Shown piece after piece: positions 34,817 to 46,626 of a DNA stretch of 64,000 bases (position 1 is its first letter; each line of letters opens with the position of its first letter). The stretch is from assembly GCA_963721455.1 (NCBI GenBank), contig CAVRJG010000056.1:32001-96000 (forward strand). Direction: 5' to 3'. The notes under the pieces were generated by a model that did no database searches, was not told the origin of the DNA, and saw only the letters and a list, made by a program, of their open reading frames with translations. This DNA is from an uncultured Methanosarcinaceae archaeon (GTDB lineage Archaea; Halobacteriota; Methanosarcinia; Methanosarcinales; Methanosarcinaceae). The translations under genes were made by a program, and so were the position numbers.

Positions 34817-34982
34817 ATCAGGTTAAAAAGGAGTTTAAAAACGAGTTCAGGAAAAATAAATAAATTTTTCCTATTTTTTATTATTTTGAGAAATTATCGA
34901 AGGCATCCATAATTTGGAAAAGCCTTTAGCTTAAAGCTGAGACTGGATGTTATTACAGATGACAGCCCAAAAAGGTGGTAGA

Positions 34983-35795
34983 ATGTCTGAGAGGGCTATT
35001 TTAAAAACTCTAATGGTTTATCTTTTAATTGGTTGCTTCTTAGTAAGCAATGTTCCGTGTACATATGCTTCGTCTGGCACTTCAATAAATTCTTCTTACG
35101 AGAACAAAACCGAACCTTCAGAGTACACAGAAACGGAAGTTCCGGAGTATACACAAACTGAGAGTTCTGAAAATACATCGACAGAACCTTCAAATTACAC
35201 AGAAGCCGAATCTTCGGAACACACAAAAACAGAAAGCTCAGAATACCAGATAAAGCGTTCAAAGTACGATCAGGTAGAAAATTCAAAAAACATACAAACA
35301 GAACCTTCAAAAAACACAGGATCACCTGAAAACTCCAAACCGGCGCCGCCCTCTGCAAGTGTCAGCCTCCATGGCGAAAAAACACAGGTCGTTTCCGGAG
35401 AGGATATTCTGCTCAGGCTTTCGGCAGTGAATCTTATCACAAAACCTGTTATGCATGTCCAGGTCATTATAATTCCACCTTCAGGAATGAGTGTCTCTTC
35501 CTCGGAGTTTGTCCAGTCGGGCGCAGGACAGTATACGACAACGTATGAGCTGGACCCCGGACAGGGCAGGGATATTGGAGTAAGGATCGAATCCAATCAG
35601 CCTGGAGACTTTAATGTCGAAGGCAGGGTGATTTATTATTTCGGTGATGATACAAAAAATGCAGAAGATTATACGCTTAATCTCCCTATACAGGTAGAAG
35701 CAAAATCATATCCTGTAGAACAAGCCTTACCCGGATTTACACTGGCAAGCCTGGTATTCGTATTAATGGCTGTATTTATCTTAAAAAGGCACTAA
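34983..35795 (+). CDS. PGF-CTERM cell-surface protein with Ser/Thr/Glu-rich ~8-aa repeats
   Basis: Signal peptide, TEPSEY-like repeats, Ig-like domain, C-terminal LPGF-TM-KRH. Confidence 0.82.
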   Translation: MSERAILKTLMVYLLIGCFLVSNVPCTYASSGTSINSSYENKTEPSEYTETEVPEYTQTESSENTSTEPSNYTEAESSEHTKTESSEYQIKRSKYDQVENSKNIQTEPSKNTGSPENSKPAPPSASVSLHGEKTQVVSGEDILLRLSAVNLITKPVMHVQVIIIPPSGMSVSSSEFVQSGAGQYTTTYELDPGQGRDIGVRIESNQPGDFNVEGRVIYYFGDDTKNAEDYTLNLPIQVEAKSYPVEQALPGFTLASLVFVLMAVFILKRH

Positions 35796-35920
35796 GCGCA
35801 ATATAAAATTACACATACTATTTTGCCTCCGGGATATGAAGAGACTGCGCCTGAAAAAGCGCATCGGTCTCAGATTCCGGAAAAATTTCGGGAAAAATGT
35901 ATTATCCTAATCACTGTCCA

Positions 35921-36060
35921 GGATTACTTCCTGCAATCTTTTTTTTAAACTTATTTTATCAAATAAGTCCCCACAAGCAAGGGTGCAAGAAAAGTGGTTA
36001 TGAGCATAGGAGCCCATATCCTTTAAAAAGATTATAATCTGCAAGCAGAGCTTCTCAGGG
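35921..36060 (+). repeat. Degenerate non-coding direct repeat, copy 2
   Basis: ATTTTATCAAATAAGTCCCCACAAGCAAGGGTGCAAGAAAAGT aligns with copy 1. Confidence 0.65.
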
Positions 36061-36332
36061 ATGACCCATTACATAATTGCCAATTTTGTTTTTCAGGCAT
36101 CAGGACATTCAACGGTCGCTTGCCGACCGGCCTTTTCAAAACATGAATTCAAAAGAGCACACCCAAAAAGAAAAAGCACAGGTAAACCGGAAGCGAAAAA
36201 AGTTAAATTTTGGAACTGTGTAAAACATAAATTCATTCCGGATTAAAACGGTCAGGTTATGGGTCAGGTTGATTTTGAAGTAAGCTCAAGTATTTCAGCT
36301 GACAATAACAAAAAAGAGTCGGGGCGTAAAAT

Positions 36333-36803
36333 ATGAGGACACTGGAAGATCCCATAAAAATAAACCGGCCACCTGAAGCCATTTTTGAATGGTTCGCTCA
36401 TTTTACGGAAAACTACAGGTCCTGGCACAAAGACCACGTAACTGCCAGATGGATCAAAGAAAAAAATTTTGAAAAAGGCGCTGTGCTTTATGCCGAGGAG
36501 TACCTCGGGGGTAAACTGGAAAAATTAAGTTTTGAGATTACCCTATGCGTGCGGAATGAATTGATAGAGTATAAGGTATTATTCCCGGAGTCAATTATCT
36601 GTTCAGGCGGCTCGTTTTCCATAAAGCCTTCAAATGGCGGGAGTGTCTTTAAAGCTGAGCTTTCTTTTCGGTTTGGCGGGTTACTTTCAAAGGTTGCCAG
36701 AAAGAAAGTTGAAGCTATAAAGCTGCATATGAAAGAAGAAGGGGAAAATCTGAAGGTGTTGTTGGAAAAGTCGGATGATATCGAAACATCAGAAATTAAA
36801 TAA
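36333..36803 (+). CDS. SRPBCC/START superfamily protein
   Basis: IKINRPPEAIFEWF...YRSWH, terminal helix HMKEEGENLKVLLE. Confidence 0.8.
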   Translation: MRTLEDPIKINRPPEAIFEWFAHFTENYRSWHKDHVTARWIKEKNFEKGAVLYAEEYLGGKLEKLSFEITLCVRNELIEYKVLFPESIICSGGSFSIKPSNGGSVFKAELSFRFGGLLSKVARKKVEAIKLHMKEEGENLKVLLEKSDDIETSEIK

Positions 36804-36936
36804 TCTGACTACGAAGGTTTTGTTTTTTACTTTTAAAATATCTGGAACTTCGAAAGCTGGAGAACAGGCTGTGTTATTTTGAAAGTATGAAAAATCTAAA
36901 GTTGCCTGTTTTGCAGGCAACCACGTAAGTCCTGAA

Positions 36937-37615
36937 TCAGATGAGATCTTTAAGATGGACTGATGATTCATGGATCAAATAAGCTGCTTCATTAGAACCT
37001 AACCTGCCTTCAGTTGCCATTTCACAAACGAAAGTCATTAAAGTTGCCTATTTTTTCGATGGCTTTGAGATCATCTCCCTTTTCGAGATGACAGAGTACG
37101 TTGTTGAGTTTTGCATTGAGAGCAGTTTTGGTAGAATCGTCTGCACAATCAAGCTCATCCACAAAGGTGATTACAACCGGATATCCTGCGTCTATCCAGA
37201 CTTTGATACCGCCCTGCATGTTATGGACATTTGTGTAACCGGCACTTACCAGAATTTTGCTTGCGTTAGTACTTCTGCTTCCGGTTTTGCAATAAACAAG
37301 TATCTTTGCATCACAATCAGCTGGTAGCTCGTCCGTTCGGTTTGCTAATAGATCTTCAGGGGGCAGAATAGGTTCTCCCGGTGGAGTCTTAAGACTTGAT
37401 AGCGGTATCAACGTTGCCCCTTCTATATTCGCTGCATTGAATTCGTCCGGGGTACGGACATCAAGAATGAAGACATCGCCCTTTTCGACCATTTTCTTAG
37501 CATCACTGACGCCCACATTTGTGTATGTGCTATCCTCTGCCGCTGCAATGCCCGGTGCGATTACGAGAAAAGCAAAAAGGACTGCAGCAAAATAGGGCAA
37601 ATATTGTTTATCCAT
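36937..37615 (-). CDS. Exported rhodanese-domain protein with C-terminal helical domain cut off by a +1 frameshift near 37032
   Basis: Signal peptide, ILDVRTPDEF, active-site loop YCKTGSRS, MQGGIKVW. Removing one base extends to ...FVCEMATEGRLGSNEAAYLIHESSVHLKDLI*. Confidence 0.82.
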
Positions 37616-38257
37616 CAGATTCCTCCATTTTTATCCAATTTATCCCTGTTTTAAAATCATTGAGATTTTCGGATTAATTCATTCAAACATAGTATTTATT
37701 ATTAAAATCCGTATTCAAAGGCAGTACCCAGAAGTAGTAATTATTTGCTCTATTTGCAAAGACATTACATATCCATGCACATCAACCTATCATAATTGTA
37801 CAATAAATTGGTACAAATAGGCAAAGCCCAAATTTGAATTTCAATAAATGTGTAATGTATTAATTTAAAATATATATAGTGTTAGAAATATTCGTTTCCT
37901 ATAAAAAAGTTTATTTATTTATTATCTGACTTGCTTTTTGTTTTAATATCCAGCCTATACAAAGTTAAAATGTATATGCTTTTTACCTCAGGTTCACAAT
38001 TTGCTTTTAAGTTTTATAATTTGTCGAAATACTCTTTAATTTTATTTGCATGTATTTATTTTTTAACTTTAAAAGGAAGAGGAACAAAGCCGGTCAGCAG
38101 CAGAGAATATAGAGATTCAGAAAAGAAAAAAGAAGAGAAAAAAGGAGAAGAAGAGAAAAGAGAAAAGAAGAGAAAAGATCGGAATTCTTCCTTTTCCTTG
38201 ACCCGGTTTTCATCTCTAATTTTAATTCGAAGGCAGGAGGGGATACTGCCTTCTTTT

Positions 38258-40069
38258 TTACATTTCGAACCTTGTCATAACCCCATGTAACTCCTCAGGA
38301 GGGAGTTTGTAAAACTGGACAAAAGAAGGAGAGAGTTTTTTAATAATGGAGAAAACTTTCCATATTATGTTATTGGTAATTATATCCTCTATTCCGTAAA
38401 AAATCGTCTTTTCATATATTCCTTCCTTTTTTAAGATTTGTTCGACATCGACGACTTCCATGTATCCCATTTTTATTTCAAAAACTCTCAATCCCCTTGC
38501 AAGTTCTTTTGTGAAAGAGCTTTCCACTCCAAAGGGGTCATCATGCTTAACAATTGAAATAAAGATATTATTTTCATAAATAATATTGTTCTTAAACATT
38601 ATATGAGAAATGTATTGGGGAATCCTGGTTATGTCTCGCGAAAAGAAAAGGGCAGTTCCACTGATTTTATTTTCAGTGGCATATACCTGATTATATTTTT
38701 CAAGGAAATAATCAAATTTCGTGGGCTTCATTAGCTCATAAAGCCTCTTTTGTCCGGAAGTGTATATAACAATAAGAGCAAAGATAATAGCTGCTATAAT
38801 AACTGACCAGTAACCCCCATGCGGTATTTTATAGGTATTTGAGAGGAGGAACACCAGGTCAATAAATGTAATAAATAGAGAGATTATAGCCTTTGACATC
38901 TGTTTTTTGTGATAAAATATTGAAGTCATCAACATGCCCGTGATGGACATAGTTCCTGTAACTGCCAATCCATATGCAGCCGCAAGTTTGCTTGATTCTT
39001 TAAATATAAATATCATATATAATACGGAGATAAGGAGCATCCAATTTATCGCACTTATATAAATCTGTGACTTTAATTCTCCGGATGTATAATCAATTTT
39101 TAACATTGGCATTATTCGGGTCGTAATTCCCTGATAAACTATTGAAAACACGCCGCTAATCATAGCCTGAGAGGCAATAATAGTAGCTATTATACTCAGG
39201 ATAAGGAATGGAACAAATATGATCTGTGCCTGATGATTTACCATCTCAAATAAAATATTTTTCGAAGCCGGGTTTCTAATAAGGAATGCTCCCTGCCCAA
39301 GATAATTAAAGACTAATGCAAAAAATATCAATCTCCAGGCTTTTAATATAGGCTCTCTCCCCAGATGGCCCATATCGGCATACAATGCCTCTCCGCCGGT
39401 GCAACAAAGGGTAACTTCAGATAATACAAAGAAGCCTACAAGTCCGTTACTTGAAAGAAACTCAATAGCATAATATGGATTTATAGCTTTTAATACGTCT
39501 GGTGTATAAAATATTGAAGCAATACCTGAAACTGCAAGAGCCAAAAACCAGACAACCATTATTGGTCCAAATGCCCATGCAATTTTGTCAGATCCTTTTT
39601 TCTGGAATGAAAAAAGGCCTATTGCAATCAGGCTGGCAATTAACATTAGAGTGCCCTGCCCTGTATTTTCAAGTCCGGAAATAATGCGTATTCCCTCAAC
39701 AGCACTCAGTATGCTTATTGCAGGCGTAATTACCCCGTCTCCAATAAGAAACGAAGTTCCAATATAGGCTAATATCGTAATTAAAGAAACATTTCTCCCT
39801 GATTTCAGCAGGGGAAGGAGAATCTCTTTTAAGACTATAGTGCCTCCTTCTCCTTTTTTTCCCAGACTCATAGCAAGCCAGGCATATTCCATACTCACAA
39901 GTATGATAAGTGTCCAGATAATTAGAGATAAAACTCCTATTACATGAGCCTCTGTAGGTCTTGTAAGAAGAAATATAACTGTAAGGGTATAGATGGGACT
40001 TGTCCCGATATCTCCAAAGACAAGACCCATAGAATTTACTATTCCTCTAATATTATAATTGTTAAACAT
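38258..40069 (-). CDS. kup: KUP/HAK/KT potassium transporter
   Basis: GLVFGDIGTSPIY, GDGVITPAIS, TGGEALYADMGH, AAAYGLAV. Confidence 0.96.
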   Translation of the reverse strand: MFNNYNIRGIVNSMGLVFGDIGTSPIYTLTVIFLLTRPTEAHVIGVLSLIIWTLIILVSMEYAWLAMSLGKKGEGGTIVLKEILLPLLKSGRNVSLITILAYIGTSFLIGDGVITPAISILSAVEGIRIISGLENTGQGTLMLIASLIAIGLFSFQKKGSDKIAWAFGPIMVVWFLALAVSGIASIFYTPDVLKAINPYYAIEFLSSNGLVGFFVLSEVTLCCTGGEALYADMGHLGREPILKAWRLIFFALVFNYLGQGAFLIRNPASKNILFEMVNHQAQIIFVPFLILSIIATIIASQAMISGVFSIVYQGITTRIMPMLKIDYTSGELKSQIYISAINWMLLISVLYMIFIFKESSKLAAAYGLAVTGTMSITGMLMTSIFYHKKQMSKAIISLFITFIDLVFLLSNTYKIPHGGYWSVIIAAIIFALIVIYTSGQKRLYELMKPTKFDYFLEKYNQVYATENKISGTALFFSRDITRIPQYISHIMFKNNIIYENNIFISIVKHDDPFGVESSFTKELARGLRVFEIKMGYMEVVDVEQILKKEGIYEKTIFYGIEDIITNNIIWKVFSIIKKLSPSFVQFYKLPPEELHGVMTRFEM

Positions 40070-40541
40070 ATTAGTCTCTCTGGATTATTAGAATTATTTG
40101 GATAAATGTTTTCAGATAAAAAAACTCTAAATTTATAAATATGATCTATAAGTTACAATTTCCTGCGTCTAAAAAGAGTGAAAACCGATATAATTGTATG
40201 ACTCTTGATCGTTATCGAATTTATTACTTCCATTCAAAGTTCATCTATTTATTCAAGTCTTTGCGATCTTAATTACTTAATTCGACAGAATATAGATTAG
40301 TAATTTACTATATAGATTGCATAATTGAAGAAGTTATTATTTAATGTAAAAATCAACCTCTTATAACCTGATTTTGCATTTTTACTTGCTTCCACTCATA
40401 AATATACCTTTCCCCAAGAATATTCAGTTATCTGATCTTTAATTCGGAAAAAAACCTGCCGCAGGTAAGGAAATATAAAAGGCAAAAGAAGCTGAAAAAG
40501 AAAGGATGAAAGACATTGGGATTTAAAAACGGCGGGAGAAA

Positions 40542-41978
40542 ATGAAGAAGGAAATACTAGCTGGAAGTGGAGACATAGTAGGAGAAAAAACCGAAAATTT
40601 TCAAAACACTACAGAAGGAGTAGGTATTCTCCTTGGAGACCCGAAAAAGGCCATAGTCAAACTCTCAATCCCTATCATAGTTGCCATGTCCGTTCAGACT
40701 ATATACAGCCTGACTGACACTTTCTGGGTTTCAGGCCTTGGAGCCGATGCCCTGGCTGCTGTGGGATTTGCTTTTCCCTTTTTTGTGATCCAGATGGCGC
40801 TTACTGGCGGGCTGGGAGTTGGAGGGGGAGCTGCAATTTCTCGGCGGATAGGAGCCAGGGATAAAACAGGCGCGGATAATGTTGCAGTTCACGCCTTCGT
40901 GATAATGCTTGTCCTTACCATTGCCCTTACCGTTCTTGGACTTGCGCTTATAAAGGATCTTTTTATGTACAGCGGGGCAGGGAAAACAACAGGGCTCGGA
41001 GTTGAGTATACCAGGGTCATTTTTGCAGGCAGTTTTGTTTTCTTCTTTACAAATGTTGCAAATTCGATCCTGAGAAGTGAAGGGGATTCAAAAAGAGCTA
41101 TGAAAGCTATGATCCTCGGTTCAGTCCTGAATGTAGTGCTTGACCCGATTTTTATATATCCTCTGGGGCTTGGGGTCGCAGGGGCTGCCCTGGCGACAGT
41201 AGTCTCTTATGCCAGTTCGGGGCTGCTCATGTTCTACTGGTTCTTTATCAAAAAAGATACCTATGTATCTTTCAGGTTCGGTTCCTTCAAATTCGACAAA
41301 GAGATTGTAACGGATATCTTTAGAGTAGGAATACCTTCCTCGATTGAACAGCTTGCCCTGGCGCTAACAGCACTTACAATGAACTTTATCATCGCGACCA
41401 TTGGCAATACGGACGGAGTTGCAGTTTACGCCACAGCCTGGAGAGTAACAAGTATTGCAGTTGCTCCCCTTATAGGAATTTCAATAGCTGTAGTCTCGGT
41501 AAGTGGGGCTGCCTTTGGGGAAAAGAATTTTAAGAAAGCACAGAGTACCCTTATTTATGCGATTAAAGTCGGCTTTCTCGTAGAAGCCGTGATTGCTGCC
41601 GTTGTATACTTTTTTGCTCCTGAGATTGCTGCCGTCTTTACACAGACCGAAAATGCAGCCCGTATCGCCCCTGAACTAACAAGGCTCCTGAAAATTATGA
41701 CGATTTTCTATCCCGTAGTCGCCTTCGGAATGCTCTCAGGCTCTCTCTTCCAGGGGGCAGGAAAAGGCACAAGCGCCCTTATTGCCACCCTTCTGCGGAG
41801 CCTGGTTATGACTCTCTTCTTTTCCTTACTTTTTGCTTTCGGATTCGACTGGGGGTTGCTCGGAGTCTGGTGGGGACTTGTTGTGGGTACAGTCATAGGA
41901 TCGATAATTACCTTTGTATGGGCCCAGATGTACCTGAGACGTATGATGAATACGAATAAAGGTGGGAAAGACTGCTAA
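40542..41978 (+). CDS. MATE family efflux transporter (paralog of 30421-31857)
   Basis: LLGDPKKAIVKLSIP, DTFWVSGLG, LRSEGDSKRAMKAMI. Confidence 0.94.
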   Translation: MKKEILAGSGDIVGEKTENFQNTTEGVGILLGDPKKAIVKLSIPIIVAMSVQTIYSLTDTFWVSGLGADALAAVGFAFPFFVIQMALTGGLGVGGGAAISRRIGARDKTGADNVAVHAFVIMLVLTIALTVLGLALIKDLFMYSGAGKTTGLGVEYTRVIFAGSFVFFFTNVANSILRSEGDSKRAMKAMILGSVLNVVLDPIFIYPLGLGVAGAALATVVSYASSGLLMFYWFFIKKDTYVSFRFGSFKFDKEIVTDIFRVGIPSSIEQLALALTALTMNFIIATIGNTDGVAVYATAWRVTSIAVAPLIGISIAVVSVSGAAFGEKNFKKAQSTLIYAIKVGFLVEAVIAAVVYFFAPEIAAVFTQTENAARIAPELTRLLKIMTIFYPVVAFGMLSGSLFQGAGKGTSALIATLLRSLVMTLFFSLLFAFGFDWGLLGVWWGLVVGTVIGSIITFVWAQMYLRRMMNTNKGGKDC

Positions 41979-42217
41979 TTTTATTGAAAGTGCTGAATCC
42001 GGGATCATAAAATATAAATAGAATTTGGGCAGTAATAGTAAGAAATCAAACAATTAGATAAATAGATAGTAAGATAATAAACAATATAGGTTCGGAAGAT
42101 AAGAATAGAATCAATAAGATCCAGAACTCCGCATTTTAAATTTGGACTTCAAAATCTATGAGAAAGACCGCTCAGTTTATCTTTCGAATTCGGAAAAAGC
42201 CCTGACTGTGATAACCA

Positions 42218-42676
42218 ATGAAAGAAGAAAGAATAAAAGAGACAGTAAAACTCCAGTTCGAAATGATTCATCTATTTCACAAGAACTTTGCCAGGATTTT
42301 TCACCAAACCAGGAATAGCCAATATAACCTGAATAAAAACCAGAATAAAGCCATTATGATTATCGGGGCAATAGATAATATCATGCCTACAACCCTGGGA
42401 AAATGTCTCGATCTTCAGAAGGGAAGCCTCACAACCATGATCGATGCCCTTGAAAGAGAGGAGCTTGTCTGCAGGAAGGGAGACCCGGAGGACCGGAGAA
42501 AAACCCTGATATCCCTTACCGAAAAAGGGAAAGATTACAGGGAATGGTTCATGGGGGAAATCGAGAAAAATGCTTCCGAAATCCTCAAAAAGCTGGATGA
42601 AGAGGATATTCTTGTGTATCAGGAGAGCCTGAAAACAATGCTTGCAACGCTGAAGAAGCTTGATGAGACCGCCTGA
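42218..42676 (+). CDS. MarR family regulator
   Basis: KGSLTTMIDALE...DPEDRRKTLISLTEKG. Confidence 0.92.
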   Translation: MKEERIKETVKLQFEMIHLFHKNFARIFHQTRNSQYNLNKNQNKAIMIIGAIDNIMPTTLGKCLDLQKGSLTTMIDALEREELVCRKGDPEDRRKTLISLTEKGKDYREWFMGEIEKNASEILKKLDEEDILVYQESLKTMLATLKKLDETA

Positions 42677-42708
42677 ATGAAATAACAAAATAGTGCCGGA
42701 GGCCTGCA

Positions 42709-43053
42709 ATGGACACCGAACTAATAGGTAAACTCAAGAAGCTGGGGTTCACGGAAAACGAGGCAAAAATCTATGTTGGACTCCTCAGTTTGAATGAAGC
42801 CACGGCAAGGGAAATACATGAATTTACCCATGTTCCGAGACCGAAGATTTATTCTGTTCTGGAGAGGATGGCAAAAAAAGGATATGTGGAAATAAGAGGA
42901 GGAACTCCTGCTTATTTCAGAAGTATTGACCCGGAGCGACTGACCGAAAGGCTCAGAGATGAATTCCTCTTTTCCCTGGATGAAACCTTAAAAGTACTTA
43001 ATTCCACAGGAAACCGAAAAACAGACGCTGTTAACCCGAGACCTGCGCTTTAA
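42709..43053 (+). CDS. TrmB family regulator (DNA-binding domain only)
   Basis: LKKLGFTENEAKIY...VPRPKIYSVLERMAKKGYV. Confidence 0.88.
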   Translation: MDTELIGKLKKLGFTENEAKIYVGLLSLNEATAREIHEFTHVPRPKIYSVLERMAKKGYVEIRGGTPAYFRSIDPERLTERLRDEFLFSLDETLKVLNSTGNRKTDAVNPRPAL

Positions 43054-43671
43054 AAAACTCTCAAAAATCCGTGATTCTGACGGGGCAAGGAAGAGTTAAG
43101 TTTAAATATAATAATGAGGAAGTAAGCTACCGTAAGCCGACTGAAGAGAAATCAGTAGATCAGAATCAAAAGGTAGCGAGAATGAAGGAAATAGTACCAC
43201 AAAAACCCCTGGAGCCAGTTTTACACGGGTTCCTGTTAAAAGACCGCAAGTTCGTCCTGCCCTCAAAAATAAAAATCCTGAACTTTCTACAGTGCTTTCC
43301 ATACAGGAAGCACGAGTCTGAAAAATAGAAACTGCAGGTTTTATTCAGAAACGAAAAACATTAAAAAATAAAACTTTATCCGGAACAGGCTAGAAAAATA
43401 GAGATCGGACTCGGGAGAGAGCTGGACAATACCAATCCGGTTCTTTACCTGCAACCCGGATATTTTATGCACTCACTGTTATTTTTGCTTTACAGGTTTT
43501 CTATGTTAATCCTTTTTTAGATTGGAAAATTGCAAATTTCTTATTCCTTCTTCTAAATAACTATTTATTACGTACAGGGTAAAAGAACCTGTATAATACG
43601 GATAAAACATACAATAAAACAATAGATAAATACCGGATAATATAACCCGAGAAGATTCAGAGGAAGAGACT

Positions 43672-44070
43672 TTGAAACTCAAAATTGAGACCTCCAAACG
43701 TATTGAACTGATAGATATCACTTCAGAGGTTCAGGAAGAAATAATGAAAAGCGAAGTATCTGAAGGAATATGCATAATCAGTACAAGGCATACTACCGCA
43801 GGTATCATAATAAACGAAAACGAAAGTGGGCTAAAAGAAGACATTCTGGCTCTTTTAAAGAAACTTGTGCCGACAGACGCAGGGTACATGCATGACCGAA
43901 TAGACAATAATGCTGATTCTCATCTCAGGGCAATGCTGCTCGGAGCAAGCGAGACCCTGCCTGTTTCGGAAGGGAAGCTTGAGCTTGGGACCTGGCAGAG
44001 AATCTTTTTTGCCGAAATGGACGGGCCGAGAAGCAGGACAGTAAATATTACTCTTTTAAGGGCTCAATGA
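43672..44070 (+). CDS. YjbQ/UPF0047 family protein
   Basis: HTTAGIIINE, HDRIDNNADSHLR, LGTWQRIFFAEMDGPR. Confidence 0.93.
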   Translation: MKLKIETSKRIELIDITSEVQEEIMKSEVSEGICIISTRHTTAGIIINENESGLKEDILALLKKLVPTDAGYMHDRIDNNADSHLRAMLLGASETLPVSEGKLELGTWQRIFFAEMDGPRSRTVNITLLRAQ

Positions 44071-44146
44071 GATAAGGAAAAAACCATAAAAGAACCAAAA
44101 AGAAAAGTGAAGAAAGTCCCTTGCGGATTGCCTGAAAAAAGCACAT

Positions 44147-45577
44147 TCAGGAACTTTCCGGATTATTAAAGTCATCCAGGTGGGTCTGTTTCTTTCTGCA
44201 GTTTTCTCCTGGGATTTCCACAGGATACTCACCTGTGAGGCAGCCAATGCACATGTCGTTTTTATCGCACTCCATGGCCCGCATGAGTCCTTCAATACTC
44301 AGGTATCCGAGGGAATCGGCGTTAATGAGGCTTTCCACCTCTTTTATGGTCTTGTAAGAAGCGATAAGTTCCTGCCGGGTAGCCATATCGATACCCAGGT
44401 AGCAGGGAGCAATAATTGCAGGACTTCCCACCCTTGCATGAATTTCTGACGCGCCTGCCCTGCGGACCATATCTATAATCCGCCTGGAGGTTGTACCCCG
44501 CACAATACTGTCATCAACCAGGACTACACGTTTGCCTTTGACATTATCCTTGATGGCATTCATCTTGAGCCGGACTGCGGTTTCACGCAGTTCCTGGCCA
44601 GGCAGAATAAACGTGCGCCCTATGTAGCGGTTCTTCATCAGCCCTTCCAGATATTTGGTGCCTGATTCCCGGGCATAACCGATTGCTGAGGTAATCCCTG
44701 AGTCAGGGACAGGAGAAACAATATCGGCTTCGATCGGGTACTCCCTGGCGAGTTCCCTTCCGATACTTTCTCTCACCTTATAGACCAATTTTCCGTCAAT
44801 GACAGAATCGGGCCTTGCAAAGTAAATGAACTCAAAGACACAATGTGCAGGATGAGGCTCGTTTCCAATCTGGTAACTCTCGAAGCCACTGCCACTGAAG
44901 ACCATTACCTCTCCTGGCCGCACGTCCCTGAGGAGAGTGCCGTTCAGGGTATCCAGGGCTACACTTTCCGAAACAACTGCATACCCACCATCGACTTCTC
45001 CGAAGCAGAGCGGCTTAAAGCCAAAAGGATCCCTGACAGCGTAAAGAGTGCCGTCGATATGGATAACCAGGGAATAGGAGCCGACAAGCTTGCGCATCAC
45101 ATTCCTGATTGATTCTATAGGCTCGTGTTTTATCAGCTCTTTTACGAGAAGGTGACCAATAACCTCGGTATCGGAATCGCTGATAAAAATACGCCCTTCA
45201 CACTCCAGACTATCCTTGAGTGCTTTGGCATTAACCAGGTTCCCGTTATGGGCAATTGCAACTGTCCCTCCCTTGAAGTTCAGGACAAAGGGCTGGCAGT
45301 TTTCTAACTTCGATCCTCCAGTTGTCGAGTAGCGGACATGCCCGACTCCTACATCCCCGATCAGGCGTCCCAGAGAATCCTTATTGTACACGTCAGGCAC
45401 AAGCCCCATGCCTTTGATAGAATGAGCGGACGTACCGTCATATACCATTATGCCAGTGGACTCCTGTCCTCTGTGCTGGAGGGCATACAGGGCGTAATAC
45501 AGCTTGAATGCGACAGTATTGGAGTGGGGCCTGTCGTCGGGAAGAATTATGCCTGCAACGCCGCATTCTTCTTTCAA
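44147..45577 (-). CDS. purF: Amidophosphoribosyltransferase
   Basis: EECG, LQHRGQES, GHVRYST, HNGN, VDDSIVRGTT. Confidence 0.97.
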   Translation of the reverse strand: MKEECGVAGIILPDDRPHSNTVAFKLYYALYALQHRGQESTGIMVYDGTSAHSIKGMGLVPDVYNKDSLGRLIGDVGVGHVRYSTTGGSKLENCQPFVLNFKGGTVAIAHNGNLVNAKALKDSLECEGRIFISDSDTEVIGHLLVKELIKHEPIESIRNVMRKLVGSYSLVIHIDGTLYAVRDPFGFKPLCFGEVDGGYAVVSESVALDTLNGTLLRDVRPGEVMVFSGSGFESYQIGNEPHPAHCVFEFIYFARPDSVIDGKLVYKVRESIGRELAREYPIEADIVSPVPDSGITSAIGYARESGTKYLEGLMKNRYIGRTFILPGQELRETAVRLKMNAIKDNVKGKRVVLVDDSIVRGTTSRRIIDMVRRAGASEIHARVGSPAIIAPCYLGIDMATRQELIASYKTIKEVESLINADSLGYLSIEGLMRAMECDKNDMCIGCLTGEYPVEIPGENCRKKQTHLDDFNNPESS

Positions 45578-45626
45578 TTTTGACCTCCGGTGCAGGTAAA
45601 AAATAGAAAAAGTGGAACAGAAAAGT

Positions 45627-45818
<192 letters not shown>

Positions 45819-45949
45819 TCAATTTATTAGAGCAATATTCAATAATCTGAAGCAGTTTTGTTTTTTTGAATTTAATCTCTGCGGCCAGTCACAATAAGTC
45901 CTGTTGCTCACCGAGGTTTAACGATAATAGATGAAGTGCTTGATATAGA

Positions 45950-46189
<240 letters not shown>

Positions 46190-46626
46190 TTATAAATCAA
46201 GTCATTATCTATATCAATATAAATAGTTAATCCAGATTTAAACTGATCGCCGCGCTTAATTGTTTGATTAATTGCATCAAAGTCGTAAATACAATATATA
46301 AATGTATCGAAGCAATATATCATTTTTTTAAGTTTTCATATAAAAACACCCCGAGTATTAATAAAGGATTCTCTCAAAGAACAACCCTCCAGAAAAAATA
46401 CGATGAAAAAAATACGATAGTACTCACACACTTTCACCTCAGGAATACTCATAAAATATTTCTACGAATAGATTTCTTGAGAGCTGCTGAAGAGATTTTT
46501 TACAAATAATTTCATTAAAACATTAAAAAAACTTCTTAGAAGTTACAATATTAAATTAATTCGTCTGATAGGCAGAAGAAAAAGTTCCAGAAAATCGGAA
46601 AATGAACGAATAAAAGAGAGGAATAC

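Noticed and set aside
37931-38290. 119-aa ORF with a K/E/R-rich stretch
   Set aside because: Produced by a purine tract that is the complement of the T-rich region after kup; low complexity.
43071-43328. Small ORFs on both strands after trmB
   Set aside because: No convincing RBS or motif; cannot be supported.
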